Assembly: GCF_002310835.1 (NCBI RefSeq)
Contig: NZ_CP011041.1
Coordinates: 2,460,001 to 2,492,000 of the forward strand
Origin: Pseudoalteromonas tetraodonis
GTDB taxonomy: Bacteria > Pseudomonadota > Gammaproteobacteria > Enterobacterales > Alteromonadaceae
DNA: 32,000 bases
Direction: 5' to 3'
The notes under the pieces were generated by a model, which searched no databases, had not been told where the DNA came from, and saw nothing but the letters and a program-made list of their open reading frames with translations. Of this stretch, positions 9,177 to 19,141 are shown in pieces. Both the position numbers and the translations under genes were made by a program. How positions within the stretch are numbered: position 1 is the stretch's first letter; every line of letters starts with the position of its first letter.

Positions 9177-10307
9177 TTAATACTTAAATTCATCGGGGAT
9201 AGGCAGCTTTTTATTAAGGGCAACAGGGCGTTTTCCACGGCCTTTTTTAAACCGTTTAAGCTGAAACACATAAGCAAGCACTTGAGCAACCGCAGTAAAT
9301 AGCTGATCGGGGATTTGCTCACCCACTTCTGCAGTATGATAAAGCGCTCGGGTTAAAGTTGGAGACTCAACAATAGGCACTTCATTACCCAATGCAATTT
9401 TACGAATTTGCATGGCGAGCTCATCCACACCTTTGGCTAATACAATAGGCGCGCCTGCTCGCTCTGTATCGTATTTTAAAGCTACGGAATAGTGAGTAGG
9501 GTTGGTAACAATAACATCGGCGTCTGGCACATCCTGCATCATTCTCTTTTGCGACATTTGACGTTGGGTTTGCCTTATGCGCGCTTTAATCTGCGGATCA
9601 CCTTCTGAGTTTTTATATTCGTCTTTTACCTCTTGCATAGTCATTTTAAGCTGTTTGTTATGACTATAGCTTTGAAATGGGGCGTCAATAGCAGCAATAA
9701 TAATTAAGGTGCAAGACATGGCTAAAAACATCCACGCTAAAATTTCCAAAGCATGAACAATATTGCCAGGCGCACTTTCTATACTTAAATGTAAGATTTC
9801 ATCAAAAAACGTATTAATTAAAAAAATAGCAAATGCGGCCACCAAGCCAAACTTTAATAATGACTTAAGCAATTCTATAGCCGCTTGTGGACCAAACATG
9901 CGGGTAAAGCCTTTCATTGGCGACATTTTACTGGCTTTGGGCGCAGCTGCTTGCCAACTAAAATTAAAGCCGCCAAGCATGGTATTACCGATAAATGCAG
10001 CCAATACAATAATGAGTACAAACATCGACATAGGAAATAACAGTACGTCGGCCACCTCTCCCCATACGGCAAACATTTTGGTGGTGTCGTAGGTTTCATT
10101 GCGGTTAAGACTCAGCATTCTTCCCATAATGCGGTACAAGCCTTTGCCAATTTCAGGCCCATACATTAATAAGGAAATAGCAGAAAAAATAAGCACAAAC
10201 ATGGTACCTAACTCTTTAGAACGCGCTATTTGGCCTTTCTTTTTAGCATCATCAACTTTTTTTGGGGTGGGTTCTTCGGTTTTTTCTTGTCCGGAATCTT
10301 CAGCCAT
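9177..10307 (-). CDS. flhB: Flagellar export switch protein FlhB
   Basis: 376 aa with four TM segments and the autocleavage motif NPTH (VIVTNPTHYSVAL). Confidence 0.96.
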   Translation of the reverse strand: MAEDSGQEKTEEPTPKKVDDAKKKGQIARSKELGTMFVLIFSAISLLMYGPEIGKGLYRIMGRMLSLNRNETYDTTKMFAVWGEVADVLLFPMSMFVLIIVLAAFIGNTMLGGFNFSWQAAAPKASKMSPMKGFTRMFGPQAAIELLKSLLKFGLVAAFAIFLINTFFDEILHLSIESAPGNIVHALEILAWMFLAMSCTLIIIAAIDAPFQSYSHNKQLKMTMQEVKDEYKNSEGDPQIKARIRQTQRQMSQKRMMQDVPDADVIVTNPTHYSVALKYDTERAGAPIVLAKGVDELAMQIRKIALGNEVPIVESPTLTRALYHTAEVGEQIPDQLFTAVAQVLAYVFQLKRFKKGRGKRPVALNKKLPIPDEFKY

Positions 10308-10316
10308 TACGCTCTC

Positions 10317-11096
10317 CTAAGGGGAACAACCAATTAGAGTACACATCAGCTCAACCATTTTTAGCCATTGGAACTCAAACTGAGTGACAAAGTTACCGAG
10401 CGTTGCCCAAATAATAACGAGCCCTGCCACTAAGGTAAACGGGAAGCCTATCGAGAAAATATTTAACTGCGGTGCAGCACGGGTCATAATACCAAATGCC
10501 ATATTAATAACCAGCATGGCGGTTAATGGTGCTAATGACAGCACTAATGCAGTGGTAAACATCCAACCACCCCATGTCACTATGTCCCAGTAATGATCAA
10601 CCGCCCACCAATTGCCATCAATCGGGAGTACTTCAAAACTGTGCACCACCATTTGAATCATCATTAAATGACCATTAAACACAAAAAATAATAAGGTAGC
10701 TAATATTAGATAAAATTGCCCCACTGCAGGCACACTCATCCCATTAGAGGGGTCAACAACAGATGCAAAACCTAAACCGGTTTGCATAGCAAGAATTTGA
10801 CCGGCTAACACAAACGTATTGAGTAATAGTGTGGACGCAAAACCAATTGCGACACCAATCAACATTTGTTGGAGTACCACTAAAATCATTTCAAAAGAAA
10901 ATAGATTAGTAAATGTAGCAGCAGGAAGAACAGGAACAACTAAGAAGGTGACCACTACAGCCAAGCCCATTTTTATTCGAGCAGGTACGTTTTTTGCGCC
11001 AATACCCGCCATGATCATGATCATAGAGCTGATGCGCACTAAGGGCAGTAAAAAATCACTTAACCATTGAATGACAACGGAAAATGGAAATTCCAT
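10317..11096 (-). CDS. fliR: Flagellar export apparatus protein FliR
   Basis: 259-aa polytopic membrane protein located between fliQ and flhB. Confidence 0.93.
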   Translation of the reverse strand: MEFPFSVVIQWLSDFLLPLVRISSMIMIMAGIGAKNVPARIKMGLAVVVTFLVVPVLPAATFTNLFSFEMILVVLQQMLIGVAIGFASTLLLNTFVLAGQILAMQTGLGFASVVDPSNGMSVPAVGQFYLILATLLFFVFNGHLMMIQMVVHSFEVLPIDGNWWAVDHYWDIVTWGGWMFTTALVLSLAPLTAMLVINMAFGIMTRAAPQLNIFSIGFPFTLVAGLVIIWATLGNFVTQFEFQWLKMVELMCTLIGCSP

Positions 11097-11098
11097 TG

Positions 11099-11368
11099 TT
11101 AACCTGCAATTTCGGGGATAAGCAGCACTAAGCGATTAAAAAAGTCCATTAGCTCTTGAGTAAACCAATGTCCTCCCACAATCAGGGCACTGATGGTGAT
11201 TAATAAACGCGGTAAAAAACTCAGTGTTTGTTCGTTAATTGAGGTTGCTGCCTGAAACACAGCCACAACCAACCCAATAATTAAGCCAGGTACCACAATG
11301 GCAGACACCAGCTTAATCACTAAAAATAGGGCTCCACTTAAAATATCAACAAATACTTCAGGTTCCAT
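11099..11368 (-). CDS. fliQ: Flagellar export apparatus protein FliQ
   Basis: 89 aa with two TM segments and conserved FliQ-like sequence (AIVVPGLIIGLVVAVFQAATSINEQTLSFLPRL). Confidence 0.95.
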   Translation of the reverse strand: MEPEVFVDILSGALFLVIKLVSAIVVPGLIIGLVVAVFQAATSINEQTLSFLPRLLITISALIVGGHWFTQELMDFFNRLVLLIPEIAG

Positions 11369-11409
11369 GGACGACTCCTAGTGTGGTTGGTTCAATGAAG
11401 AGTGCACAA

Positions 11410-12150
11410 CTACGTGCCCAAGCCAAAGCTTTTAGCGAGTGTACCCATCACCAAGCTCCACCCATCAACCAATACAAACAACATAATTTTAAACGGTAGC
11501 GACACAATCATGGGCGATAGCATCATCATACCCATGGCCATCAATACCGATGCAACCACCAAATCGACAATCAAAAAGGGAATAAAAAACATAAAACCAA
11601 TAATAAAAGCGGTTTGTAACTCACTGGTCACAAACGCAGGAATAAGCACAACCATTGGCGTTGCTTCAGGCGAGTCAAGCTGATCGTAACCTGCTATTTT
11701 AGCAAAGGTTTCTAAATCTTTTATACGTACCTGTGAGAGCATAAACGCTTTCATTGGCTCTTTGGCTAAATCAAGTGCTTCAAGTGACGTTACTTGTTCA
11801 CTTAAATACGGTTCGATAGCTCGCTCATTTATTTGCTCATAAATTGGCGCCATAATAAAAATACTTAAAAACAGCGACATACCTAGTAATACTTGGTTCG
11901 AAGGCGTTTGCTGCAAACCAATGGCTTGGCGCAAAATAGCTAAAACAACAATAATTCGAGTGAAAGAGGTCATCATGATAATGGCGGCTGGAATAAAGCT
12001 CATAGCCGTCATGATCGCCAACACTTGTAGCGTCACTGAGTAGTCTTGGGTGCCATCGGCATTAGTAGTGATCGTCAGCGCGTCAATCCCCTCGGCATTG
12101 ACCCCTGGGACAAACACCATGGCAAATAGGAAAAGCAGCCATTTAGTCAT
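11410..12150 (-). CDS. fliP: Flagellar export apparatus protein FliP
   Basis: 246 aa. It has an N-terminal signal-like segment and conserved FliP motifs ([35 protein letters not shown]-type region). Confidence 0.96.
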   Translation of the reverse strand: MTKWLLFLFAMVFVPGVNAEGIDALTITTNADGTQDYSVTLQVLAIMTAMSFIPAAIIMMTSFTRIIVVLAILRQAIGLQQTPSNQVLLGMSLFLSIFIMAPIYEQINERAIEPYLSEQVTSLEALDLAKEPMKAFMLSQVRIKDLETFAKIAGYDQLDSPEATPMVVLIPAFVTSELQTAFIIGFMFFIPFLIVDLVVASVLMAMGMMMLSPMIVSLPFKIMLFVLVDGWSLVMGTLAKSFGLGT

Positions 12151-12154
12151 AATA

Positions 12155-12538
12155 TTAGTTCTTTTTATTTTGATTAAGTTGCGGATTCAACATTTTGCCA
12201 AACCGCTTCGCTAATTCTGGTAACTCTTTTTCTGTTAGGGGGGTTTCTAACTTGTGTAGATAATTAATACTGTGTGGAGTAACCCCTAATAGGTGCTGTG
12301 CATTATCTATTTCAACCACCATTAAGCGCTCACGTGATCCCAACGGAAGACTGCGGATCACTTTAAACTCATCGTTATTGGTTAAATTTGGATTGAGCTT
12401 TTTTACAAAAAAAGCCAACACTAAAATTAACACCACAACCATACCCAAAGATAACACCATGGATACGATATCTGTGGTCGGTGTTGCAGCATCTGTTGCT
12501 GCAAACACCGAATTGCTTAAACTGGCTAGTGCTATCAT
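12155..12538 (-). CDS. fliO: Flagellar biosynthesis protein FliO
   Basis: 127 aa with a single TM helix, located between fliN and fliP. The 4-nt overlap with fliN suggests translational coupling. The call rests mainly on position and topology. Confidence 0.75.
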   Translation of the reverse strand: MIALASLSNSVFAATDAATPTTDIVSMVLSLGMVVVLILVLAFFVKKLNPNLTNNDEFKVIRSLPLGSRERLMVVEIDNAQHLLGVTPHSINYLHKLETPLTEKELPELAKRFGKMLNPQLNQNKKN

Positions 12539-12933
12539 CGTAACTTTTTGATCCGTTCAACCTGGCTAATTACATCCGTTAAACGAATACCGAACTTATC
12601 GTTCACCACAACCACTTCGCCATGCGCAATCAAAGTACCATTAACTAAAACATCGAGCGGTTCGCCGGCAACCCTGTCAAGCTCAACGACCGAACCTTGG
12701 TTAAGTTGTAATAAATTACGAATATTAATTTTAGAACGCCCTACTTCCATAGAAATAGTAACGGGAATATCTAAAATAGTATCGAGTTTACGTTTTTCTT
12801 CACCGCTGAGTTCATGCTTTGAATCATCAAGCTCATCAAGCTCGGTTACTTTGACCTCAGGACTATCGTCAGTGCCTTCAGCTTCAGCAAGTGCTGCTGC
12901 CCATTCGTCCATTGTATCTTGATCATCGCTCAT
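12535..12933 (-). CDS. fliN: Flagellar motor switch protein FliN
   Basis: 132 aa with an acidic N terminus and a C-terminal SpoA/FliN domain (LDIPVTISMEVGRSKINIRNLLQLNQGSVVELD...PLDVLVNG..IAHGEVVVV). Confidence 0.95.
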   Translation of the reverse strand: MSDDQDTMDEWAAALAEAEGTDDSPEVKVTELDELDDSKHELSGEEKRKLDTILDIPVTISMEVGRSKINIRNLLQLNQGSVVELDRVAGEPLDVLVNGTLIAHGEVVVVNDKFGIRLTDVISQVERIKKLR

Positions 12934-12953
12934 ACTTTTAACCTTTTAATCAA

Positions 12954-14045
12954 TTACCAGTCTAAGTCTACACCGTTTGAAAGGTGTAAATCATCTTCTA
13001 GTTCTGCTAATTCTGCATCTGAATCAATTTTTTTGCCGCCTTTGGTAAAGACATGCAGCTCAGATTTAACTGAATCAGGGCGTTTAATTTTTTCACTAAT
13101 TTGTAGCGCAACGTTATCGCGTGAACGACCCATTTTAGCTCTAAATGTAGGGAGTTCTTCCACAAATACGGTAATATGCTCAGGCATTTCAACTGGAATT
13201 ATATCCCCAGCTTTGAGCTCCATTATTTGTTTTAAGCTTAAATCAACTTCAAGTAGCTGGGTCGATAAATCGACTTCTACGTCCATTATTTCGTCACGAA
13301 GCGCCTTACTCCAACGTAAATCGGTATCTTCAGTATCAGACTGAACACCCGCATCCAATAGCTCTCTGATAGGTTCGAGCATTGAATAAGGTAGCGCAAT
13401 ATGAAAGTCTCCCCCGCCACCATCCAGCTCAATATGAAAAGAGCTGATAACCACTACTTCGGTTGGGCTAACAATATTAGCCATCGCAGGGTTTACCTCA
13501 GAATCGAGGTACTCGAACGACACATCCATCACCGGTGCCCATGCTTCTTTGTAATCTTCAAAGATTATTTTCAGCAGCATTTGCACGATTCGGCGTTCTG
13601 TTGGGGTAAATTCACGTCCTTCAATTTTGGCATGATAACGGCCATCGCCACCAAAGAAGTTGTCTACCAGTATAAATACTAAGCGTGCTTCCATGGTAAT
13701 AAGGCCGGTGCCTTTTAGTGGGCGAAAACGCACCATATTCAAACTCGTTGGTACAAACAAGGTATGTATGTACTCACCAAACTTGATCATTTGCACGCCG
13801 TTAATTGACACCTCAGCGGTGCGGCGCATCATGTTAAATAAGCTGATTCGCATGTGACGGGCAAATCGCTCGTTAACAATTTCAAGTGTCGGCATGCGAC
13901 CACGCACGATGCGATCTTGCGAAGAAAAGTCGTACTGTAGTGTACTTCCCTCACCATCTTCACCGTCGTGTATATCTTCCTCTTCGACTTCATCGACACC
14001 ATGTAATAGCGCATCAATTTCGTCTTGGGATAATAAATCGCTCAC
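12954..14045 (-). CDS. fliM: Flagellar motor switch protein FliM
   Basis: 363 aa. The N-terminal CheY-P-binding peptide is LSQDEIDALLHG. A middle FliM domain and a C-terminal FliN-like domain follow. Confidence 0.96.
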   Translation of the reverse strand: MSDLLSQDEIDALLHGVDEVEEEDIHDGEDGEGSTLQYDFSSQDRIVRGRMPTLEIVNERFARHMRISLFNMMRRTAEVSINGVQMIKFGEYIHTLFVPTSLNMVRFRPLKGTGLITMEARLVFILVDNFFGGDGRYHAKIEGREFTPTERRIVQMLLKIIFEDYKEAWAPVMDVSFEYLDSEVNPAMANIVSPTEVVVISSFHIELDGGGGDFHIALPYSMLEPIRELLDAGVQSDTEDTDLRWSKALRDEIMDVEVDLSTQLLEVDLSLKQIMELKAGDIIPVEMPEHITVFVEELPTFRAKMGRSRDNVALQISEKIKRPDSVKSELHVFTKGGKKIDSDAELAELEDDLHLSNGVDLDW

Positions 14046-14054
14046 ACTGGCCCC

Positions 14055-14582
14055 TTATTGCATCACAAAGCCGGTAAATAGTACCCGCTCAATTACTTTA
14101 TTCCCTTCAACATCCATCATAGCGGCCTGTACTTTATCAAGTGCAGTAAAACGCAGTGTTTCTTTGCCTACACTGGTGCTAAGTTCATCAGCCGTTGTCA
14201 TGGAAAATACACTCAGGAGTGTGCCTTCAATCAGTGGAATGTGTTTTTTAGCCGTTTCTTCATTACCATCGCCGCGCACTAATAATTGCACTTTAATCTG
14301 TACAATTCTATCGCGACTAGCCCCTGGCACATTAAAAATAAATGGTCTAGGCATCGCAACATATAAAGCACTGCCAACCGTTGCCGAAGAACTTGTTGGC
14401 GCAGCAGCTACCTCACCATTGGCAGCATCATCTGCAAGGGTTTCTACTGGCTCATCACCACCTGATAATAAAAAGTACCCTGCCACAGCGCCAACAATAA
14501 GTAATACAGCGGCAATAATTATTATGAGTTTGCTTTTACTTTTACTTACTTCTTCTATTTCTAAATTAGTATCTTCAGCCAT
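14055..14582 (-). CDS. fliL: Flagellar basal-body-associated protein FliL
   Basis: 175 aa with one N-terminal TM helix and a FliL-family periplasmic domain. It lies immediately upstream of fliM. Confidence 0.88.
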   Translation of the reverse strand: MAEDTNLEIEEVSKSKSKLIIIIAAVLLIVGAVAGYFLLSGGDEPVETLADDAANGEVAAAPTSSSATVGSALYVAMPRPFIFNVPGASRDRIVQIKVQLLVRGDGNEETAKKHIPLIEGTLLSVFSMTTADELSTSVGKETLRFTALDKVQAAMMDVEGNKVIERVLFTGFVMQ

Positions 14583-14639
14583 TGTGTTTCCTTTATTTGC
14601 AAAGGTATTTGCTTGTTTTAACTATTATAATAGCAGGAC

Positions 14640-16448
14640 TTAGGCATAGTAATCTATTGATGATGACGTTTGTTGTCCAGAACCCTGTATTTGTTTATCT
14701 GGTTGCTCACTATTTGTCTCATCTGTAGAGCGATTATTAGCCATTTGCCCTTGTGCATCACCTTCTTGTTGCTGTGCTTGCTCACCTGAGGAATCACCGT
14801 AAGAAATACTGCTTTCACCTAGTTCTAAACCTTGCTGCATCAGCATTTCTCTAAGCCTAGGTAACGACTGCTCCAGCGCTTCTTTGGCTTGCTGGTTTTG
14901 CACTACAAAGTTGATTTGTGCTTGCTCAGCATCACTTCTAATACGAATTTGCATGCTGCCCATTTCTGGCGGATCTAGGCGAATTTCAGCTTCTTTATTA
15001 TTAATACTTAACATTGAGCTAACCCGCTCTTGTAGCATTTTTGCCGCATCACTTTTAATAATGTTTAAAGCCTGTAACGTGGCAGGATCAATGCTTACTT
15101 GTTTCGCTTGTGCTGTACTTTGTAACTGTCCTGCTTGCAAGCTTTGCGCTTCAATAATAGCTTGTTCGTACCCTAAAGTATCGTATTTAGCGAGACTACT
15201 AAGCGACTGTTTGTCAAATATATTAATGATCTGAGAGAAAATTTGTGCTGCACGCGGTGGCATTTGCTCAGCATTAGTGCCGCGCATGCTCTCTTTTTGT
15301 AATGCGTCTAACTGTTTGGCAAGCTCTTCAGGGTTATCAGCTACCGATTTTGAACTCTCTAATTTTAGCTCAGGTTTTACATTGGCTGATTCAGTACCAG
15401 CCTGTGCTTTTGGCGCTATTGCTCCCGCCAAAGCATTATTTGAAAATAGTGGCTTATCTTTGGCGCTAAACAAGCTGTCCGCGTTAATCGCGGTCTCTAA
15501 ATCACTGATTACTCCTTTTAGCGAGGTAAGTTCTTTCGTTGATAAAGATTCATTTTTAACGTAACCCTGCAACTGATTGAGTAAGGCCTGTTTTTCTGAG
15601 GTAGTTAACGTACTTATTTGTGCATTAATGGTCTGCTGAGGTGTTTGCGGCTTCTCACTTTCACTCACATACTTACTGAGTAATTGCTTTAAATCCGCTA
15701 GGTTATCTTTATTAATTGGCTTGCTCATCGCATTAAGCTCAGTGGCTAATTCACCTTGCTGAGCAGGTGTTAAATTTGCCAATAATTTATCTGCTTTAAT
15801 GGCATTATCATCTTTTGATAACAGCGCCAAAATTGATGAGTCTAATGATGATTTTACGGTTGTGGTATCAGTCGGCTTATCGGCCACCTTATCTGTTGCT
15901 AATTGACTTGAAACAACATCGCCTTTTTGACTCGCATTAACAGCTGCTAGCGCTTTTGTGTCAAGCAGTGTCGGCTCACCTTCGCCTTTTCCTGCTAAAT
16001 TAGCACCTTGTACATTTTGTGTTTGTGGAATGATTTCATCATCCACAACGGCATCACTTGGCATAGTAATAATAGGTGCCAGCTTATCTTCAGGCTTAGC
16101 GTTTATTTTAACAGCGTCTTTGTCTATTAACTGCGCACCACCATGGGGGTTATTTTTTACTGAGGTATCGATGACTTGTGCCGCATTAATTTGCGCCAGC
16201 ATATCTTCACCGCTCAAAGGCTTTTCTTCGCTACTTTGCTCTTTTAGATCGGATTGTTCATCTGCTGATTGTTTGTTTGGCGCTTTAGCTTGCGTACTGT
16301 GTGTTTCAGAAGCTTGGTTAGCAAGGGCTAATTGATCAAAAAAGCCCGCATCATTACTGCTGTCTAGCTTTGTTTTATCACTGTCTTTTTTAACTAAGTA
16401 TGAGTCTTGCTCAGATACCGCTAACATTGAAATATCATTTATCGCCAT
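14640..16448 (-). CDS. fliK: Flagellar hook-length control protein FliK
   Basis: 602 aa. The body is low-complexity and rich in Q, S, A and K. The conserved C-terminal FliK domain is AEIRLDPPEMGSMQIRIRSDAEQAQINFVVQNQQAKEALEQSLPRLREML. The gene lies between fliJ and fliL. Confidence 0.88.
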   Translation of the reverse strand: MAINDISMLAVSEQDSYLVKKDSDKTKLDSSNDAGFFDQLALANQASETHSTQAKAPNKQSADEQSDLKEQSSEEKPLSGEDMLAQINAAQVIDTSVKNNPHGGAQLIDKDAVKINAKPEDKLAPIITMPSDAVVDDEIIPQTQNVQGANLAGKGEGEPTLLDTKALAAVNASQKGDVVSSQLATDKVADKPTDTTTVKSSLDSSILALLSKDDNAIKADKLLANLTPAQQGELATELNAMSKPINKDNLADLKQLLSKYVSESEKPQTPQQTINAQISTLTTSEKQALLNQLQGYVKNESLSTKELTSLKGVISDLETAINADSLFSAKDKPLFSNNALAGAIAPKAQAGTESANVKPELKLESSKSVADNPEELAKQLDALQKESMRGTNAEQMPPRAAQIFSQIINIFDKQSLSSLAKYDTLGYEQAIIEAQSLQAGQLQSTAQAKQVSIDPATLQALNIIKSDAAKMLQERVSSMLSINNKEAEIRLDPPEMGSMQIRIRSDAEQAQINFVVQNQQAKEALEQSLPRLREMLMQQGLELGESSISYGDSSGEQAQQQEGDAQGQMANNRSTDETNSEQPDKQIQGSGQQTSSSIDYYA

Positions 16449-16515
16449 AAATCACCTAATAAAAGCGGCAACAGCCCACCGCACAATCCTAAAAATCATT
16501 GCTCTTGTAGAATCT

Positions 16516-16532
16516 AAGCAATTAGCATGCCT
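16516..16532 (-). promoter_or_regulatory. Sigma54 promoter for the fliK-flhB operon
   Basis: The minus strand reads AGGCAT-GCTAA-TTGCTT, with canonical GG/GC spacing. It starts 4 nt after the fliJ stop and lies about 70 nt upstream of the fliK ATG. Confidence 0.65.
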
Positions 16533-16535
16533 ACC

Positions 16536-16982
16536 TTATAGTGCTTTATGCCTTTGATAAAACTGATTAGAGGAAAATTCATCGAGCATTTTTTGCTCAC
16601 TTTTAGCGGCCAACATATCCGCTTTTATCTGTTGTTTTTCAATTAACTTAGCAACCGCTTTCGCTTTTACTTGTTGCTTTAACCACAAGGTTTTACGCTG
16701 GCTAACCACCTGCTTTGCAGTGTTAACAGTGCTTGCTTGTTGACGTATCGCTTCTTCAATCTTAGCAATGAATGCATGATACTGACTAAATCCGGCACTT
16801 GATAAACCCGACTGCCCCTTAATATGAAGTTGCTGCGTGTATTCAAGTCGAAAGTCATTTAAGCCCTGCAGCTTTTGCTGATTTACTTGCAAATTTTGAT
16901 TAGCTTGCAAGTAGCTCATGCGTAACGTTTCTTCTTTTTCGTTTTCAAGCCTGAGCAACAAATGCAGTTTATTTTTTGCCAT
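16536..16982 (-). CDS. fliJ: Flagellar export chaperone/stalk protein FliJ
   Basis: 148 aa, with predicted coiled-coil character. It shares a 1-nt TAATG overlap with the upstream fliI. The call rests on position and composition. Confidence 0.82.
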   Translation of the reverse strand: MAKNKLHLLLRLENEKEETLRMSYLQANQNLQVNQQKLQGLNDFRLEYTQQLHIKGQSGLSSAGFSQYHAFIAKIEEAIRQQASTVNTAKQVVSQRKTLWLKQQVKAKAVAKLIEKQQIKADMLAAKSEQKMLDEFSSNQFYQRHKAL

Positions 16983-18316
16983 TATGCTTGTCCTAATAAT
17001 TGCGCTAGCCCTTGAAGGCCATCATCATAGCTAATCACATCACGCATCCCTTGTTGTAAAAATGCGTTCACTCGTGGCATCATGTTTATTGCCTGATCGA
17101 GCATTTGATCACTGCCTTTTTGATAAGCGCCCAAGGTGATCATATCTTTGTTCTGTTGATACATTGAATACACTTGCTTAAGCACCCGAGCTTGTTGCAT
17201 GTGCGACTCAGACACCACTTGAGGCATAACTCGAGAAATCGATTTTTCTATGTCAATGGCAGGATAATGGCCGCTGTCGGCTAAATCACGCGATAAAACA
17301 ATATGTCCGTCAAGTATGGCACGTGCAGCATCAGCAATCGGGTCTTGCATGTCATCGCCTTCACTCAGTACGGTAAAAAAGGCAGTAATAGAGCCTTGTC
17401 CTTCCCCGCCGTTACCCGCTCTTTCCACCAGCGCAGGTAATTTAGCAAATACTGAAGGTGGGTAGCCTTTTGTTGCAGGGGGCTCACCTACAGCCAGCGC
17501 GATTTCACGCTGTGCCATAGCATAACGCGTCACCGAGTCGAGTAATAACAATACGTTTAAGCCTTGATCTCGAAAATACTCTGCAATGGTTACCGCACTT
17601 TCGCAGCCTTTTAATCGCATTAATGGTGAGGCATCAGCGGGGGCTGCAACAACAACTGAACGTTTACGCCCTTCAACACCCAGTATTTCTTCAATAAATT
17701 CTTTTACTTCTCGACCACGCTCACCGACTAAACCCACTACAATCACATCGGCTTCACTGCCTCGGGTCATCATGCCTAATAATACTGATTTACCCACACC
17801 AGAGCCTGCAAATAAGCCCATGCGCTGGCCTTGGCCGACAGTAATCACCGAGTTAATAGCACGTACCCCCACATCCATAGGCTTACTAATGGGGCGTCTT
17901 GCAAGAGGGTTTATTGCATTTTGAGCAAATTTGAGTGTATGTTCTGCATTAATTTTACCTAAGCCATCTAAAGGTCTGCCTAAGCCGTCTACCACTCGAC
18001 CAAGTAAGCTCATGCCAACAGGCAAACCTGTGTCATTAACTTGGGGGATAACTCGCGCACCAGGCAGTACGCCTGAAATGTGGTCGTTAGGCATTAAATA
18101 CAAAGTTTGATCGTTAAATCCAACAATTTCAGCGTCAACAAAGCCGTTCATTGTTTCAATTTTACATTGGCTGCCTACCGGAGCGCGCAAACCTTTGGCT
18201 TCCAGTGTTAAACCAACCACACGCGTTAAAACTCCCGCGACTGCAGGCGCTGGAATTTTAATATGCCGTTGGTATTGAGATAAGCGTTCGCTTAATGAAG
18301 TATCGCTCACAGACAT
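16982..18316 (-). CDS. fliI: Flagellum-specific ATPase FliI
   Basis: 444-aa F1-ATPase-like protein with Walker A GSGVGKS and Walker [10 protein letters not shown]. Confidence 0.97.
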   Translation of the reverse strand: MSVSDTSLSERLSQYQRHIKIPAPAVAGVLTRVVGLTLEAKGLRAPVGSQCKIETMNGFVDAEIVGFNDQTLYLMPNDHISGVLPGARVIPQVNDTGLPVGMSLLGRVVDGLGRPLDGLGKINAEHTLKFAQNAINPLARRPISKPMDVGVRAINSVITVGQGQRMGLFAGSGVGKSVLLGMMTRGSEADVIVVGLVGERGREVKEFIEEILGVEGRKRSVVVAAPADASPLMRLKGCESAVTIAEYFRDQGLNVLLLLDSVTRYAMAQREIALAVGEPPATKGYPPSVFAKLPALVERAGNGGEGQGSITAFFTVLSEGDDMQDPIADAARAILDGHIVLSRDLADSGHYPAIDIEKSISRVMPQVVSESHMQQARVLKQVYSMYQQNKDMITLGAYQKGSDQMLDQAINMMPRVNAFLQQGMRDVISYDDGLQGLAQLLGQA

Positions 18317-18334
18317 AACACGCCAATAAAAAAG

Positions 18335-19138
18335 TTAGATACCACTGTTATGCAAAAAGCTATCCAACGTTTCTTTGACACGGGTTTTCAAGGTCATATC
18401 TAAAGATGATAACGTTGTTTTAACTTCACAACCGCCCCGCTCTAGAGTGGGTTCTGCAATTAATTGCCAATGATTATCTTCAATAGCTTGTTCGCCATAA
18501 CTGGTTTTTATCAGCGATAAGTCATCTGGATGAAGATGAATTCGAACTTTTTCTTGTTCTGCATTAAGTGCATCAATGCTTTTTTTCAAAGTATGTAAAA
18601 TAATATCAGGTGATGTTTTTACTTCTTGATAAATAATCGCTTCACTGAGCATAGTGGCTAGCTGTACCAGCTGTTTTTCTGCTTGTTCGTCCACTTTTTT
18701 AAGCGGGTCGCTTAAACTATCTAGTAAGCCACGCAGGCTGGTCAACTGCTCATCAATTAAGGGTTTAACGTCTTCTTGGCCTTGTGTTTTACCCAGCTCT
18801 ACACCTTCTTTGTAACCCGCCTCTTTACCCTCGGTTACGCCTTTGTCAAAGCCATCTATATAGCCTTGTTCGTGCCCTTGTTTAAGGCCTTCTTCGTAGG
18901 CATCTTGGCGAATACGCTCCAGCTCTACCATAGTTAATGAAGGCAGCTCTGGTTCTTCCGGTTCTTCTACTTGTTCTTTTGCTATTTCTTTACGGTATAG
19001 CTCGGCTAAGGGTGTGCCATAAGCCGTAGAGCGATTGCGAAAGCTTCGCTCATCGGGAGCAACATCAGGAATTGGCCAATTTTTTAATAACTCATCAGCT
19101 TCATCTGCATGTAATGGGCGACCTTTAGAGTGACTCAT
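18335..19138 (-). CDS. fliH: Flagellar assembly protein FliH
   Basis: 267 aa, located between fliG and fliI. It has a run of GxxxG repeats (GLKQGHEQGYIDGFDKGVTEGKEAGYKEGVELGKTQG) typical of FliH, and a C-terminal FliH/YscL-like region. Confidence 0.9.
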   Translation of the reverse strand: MSHSKGRPLHADEADELLKNWPIPDVAPDERSFRNRSTAYGTPLAELYRKEIAKEQVEEPEEPELPSLTMVELERIRQDAYEEGLKQGHEQGYIDGFDKGVTEGKEAGYKEGVELGKTQGQEDVKPLIDEQLTSLRGLLDSLSDPLKKVDEQAEKQLVQLATMLSEAIIYQEVKTSPDIILHTLKKSIDALNAEQEKVRIHLHPDDLSLIKTSYGEQAIEDNHWQLIAEPTLERGGCEVKTTLSSLDMTLKTRVKETLDSFLHNSGI

Positions 19139-19141
19139 AGG

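Noticed and set aside
15877-15884. A GCCGATAA (sigma28 -10 consensus) on the minus strand inside fliK.
   Set aside because: There is no TAAA -35 element at N15 (the sequence there is ATTA). It is deep inside a coding region with no gene start nearby, so it is most likely a chance octamer.
62-16335. Many plus-strand ORFs in the track overlap minus-strand flagellar genes. Examples are 62-268, 1267-1806, 1790-2008, 2524-2766, 8843-9151, 9763-10092, 10819-11070, 11402-11683, 12548-12922, 12919-13344, 13894-14643, 14884-15234, 15277-15564 and 15958-16335.
   Set aside because: Each lies antisense to a gene with strong family signatures. Their translations are low-complexity (rich in S, A, T, L and C) with no motifs, and they have no RBS or promoter context. 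They are shadow ORFs. The same applies to later ones (17586-17924, 20107-20427, 22666-22878, 26304-26486, 29617-29802, 30139-30435, 31399-31800). It also applies to alternative-frame minus-strand ORFs such as 923-1174, 6672-6869, 9914-10099, 12375-12560, 13007-13192, 13829-14017, 23123-23362 and 31622-31807.
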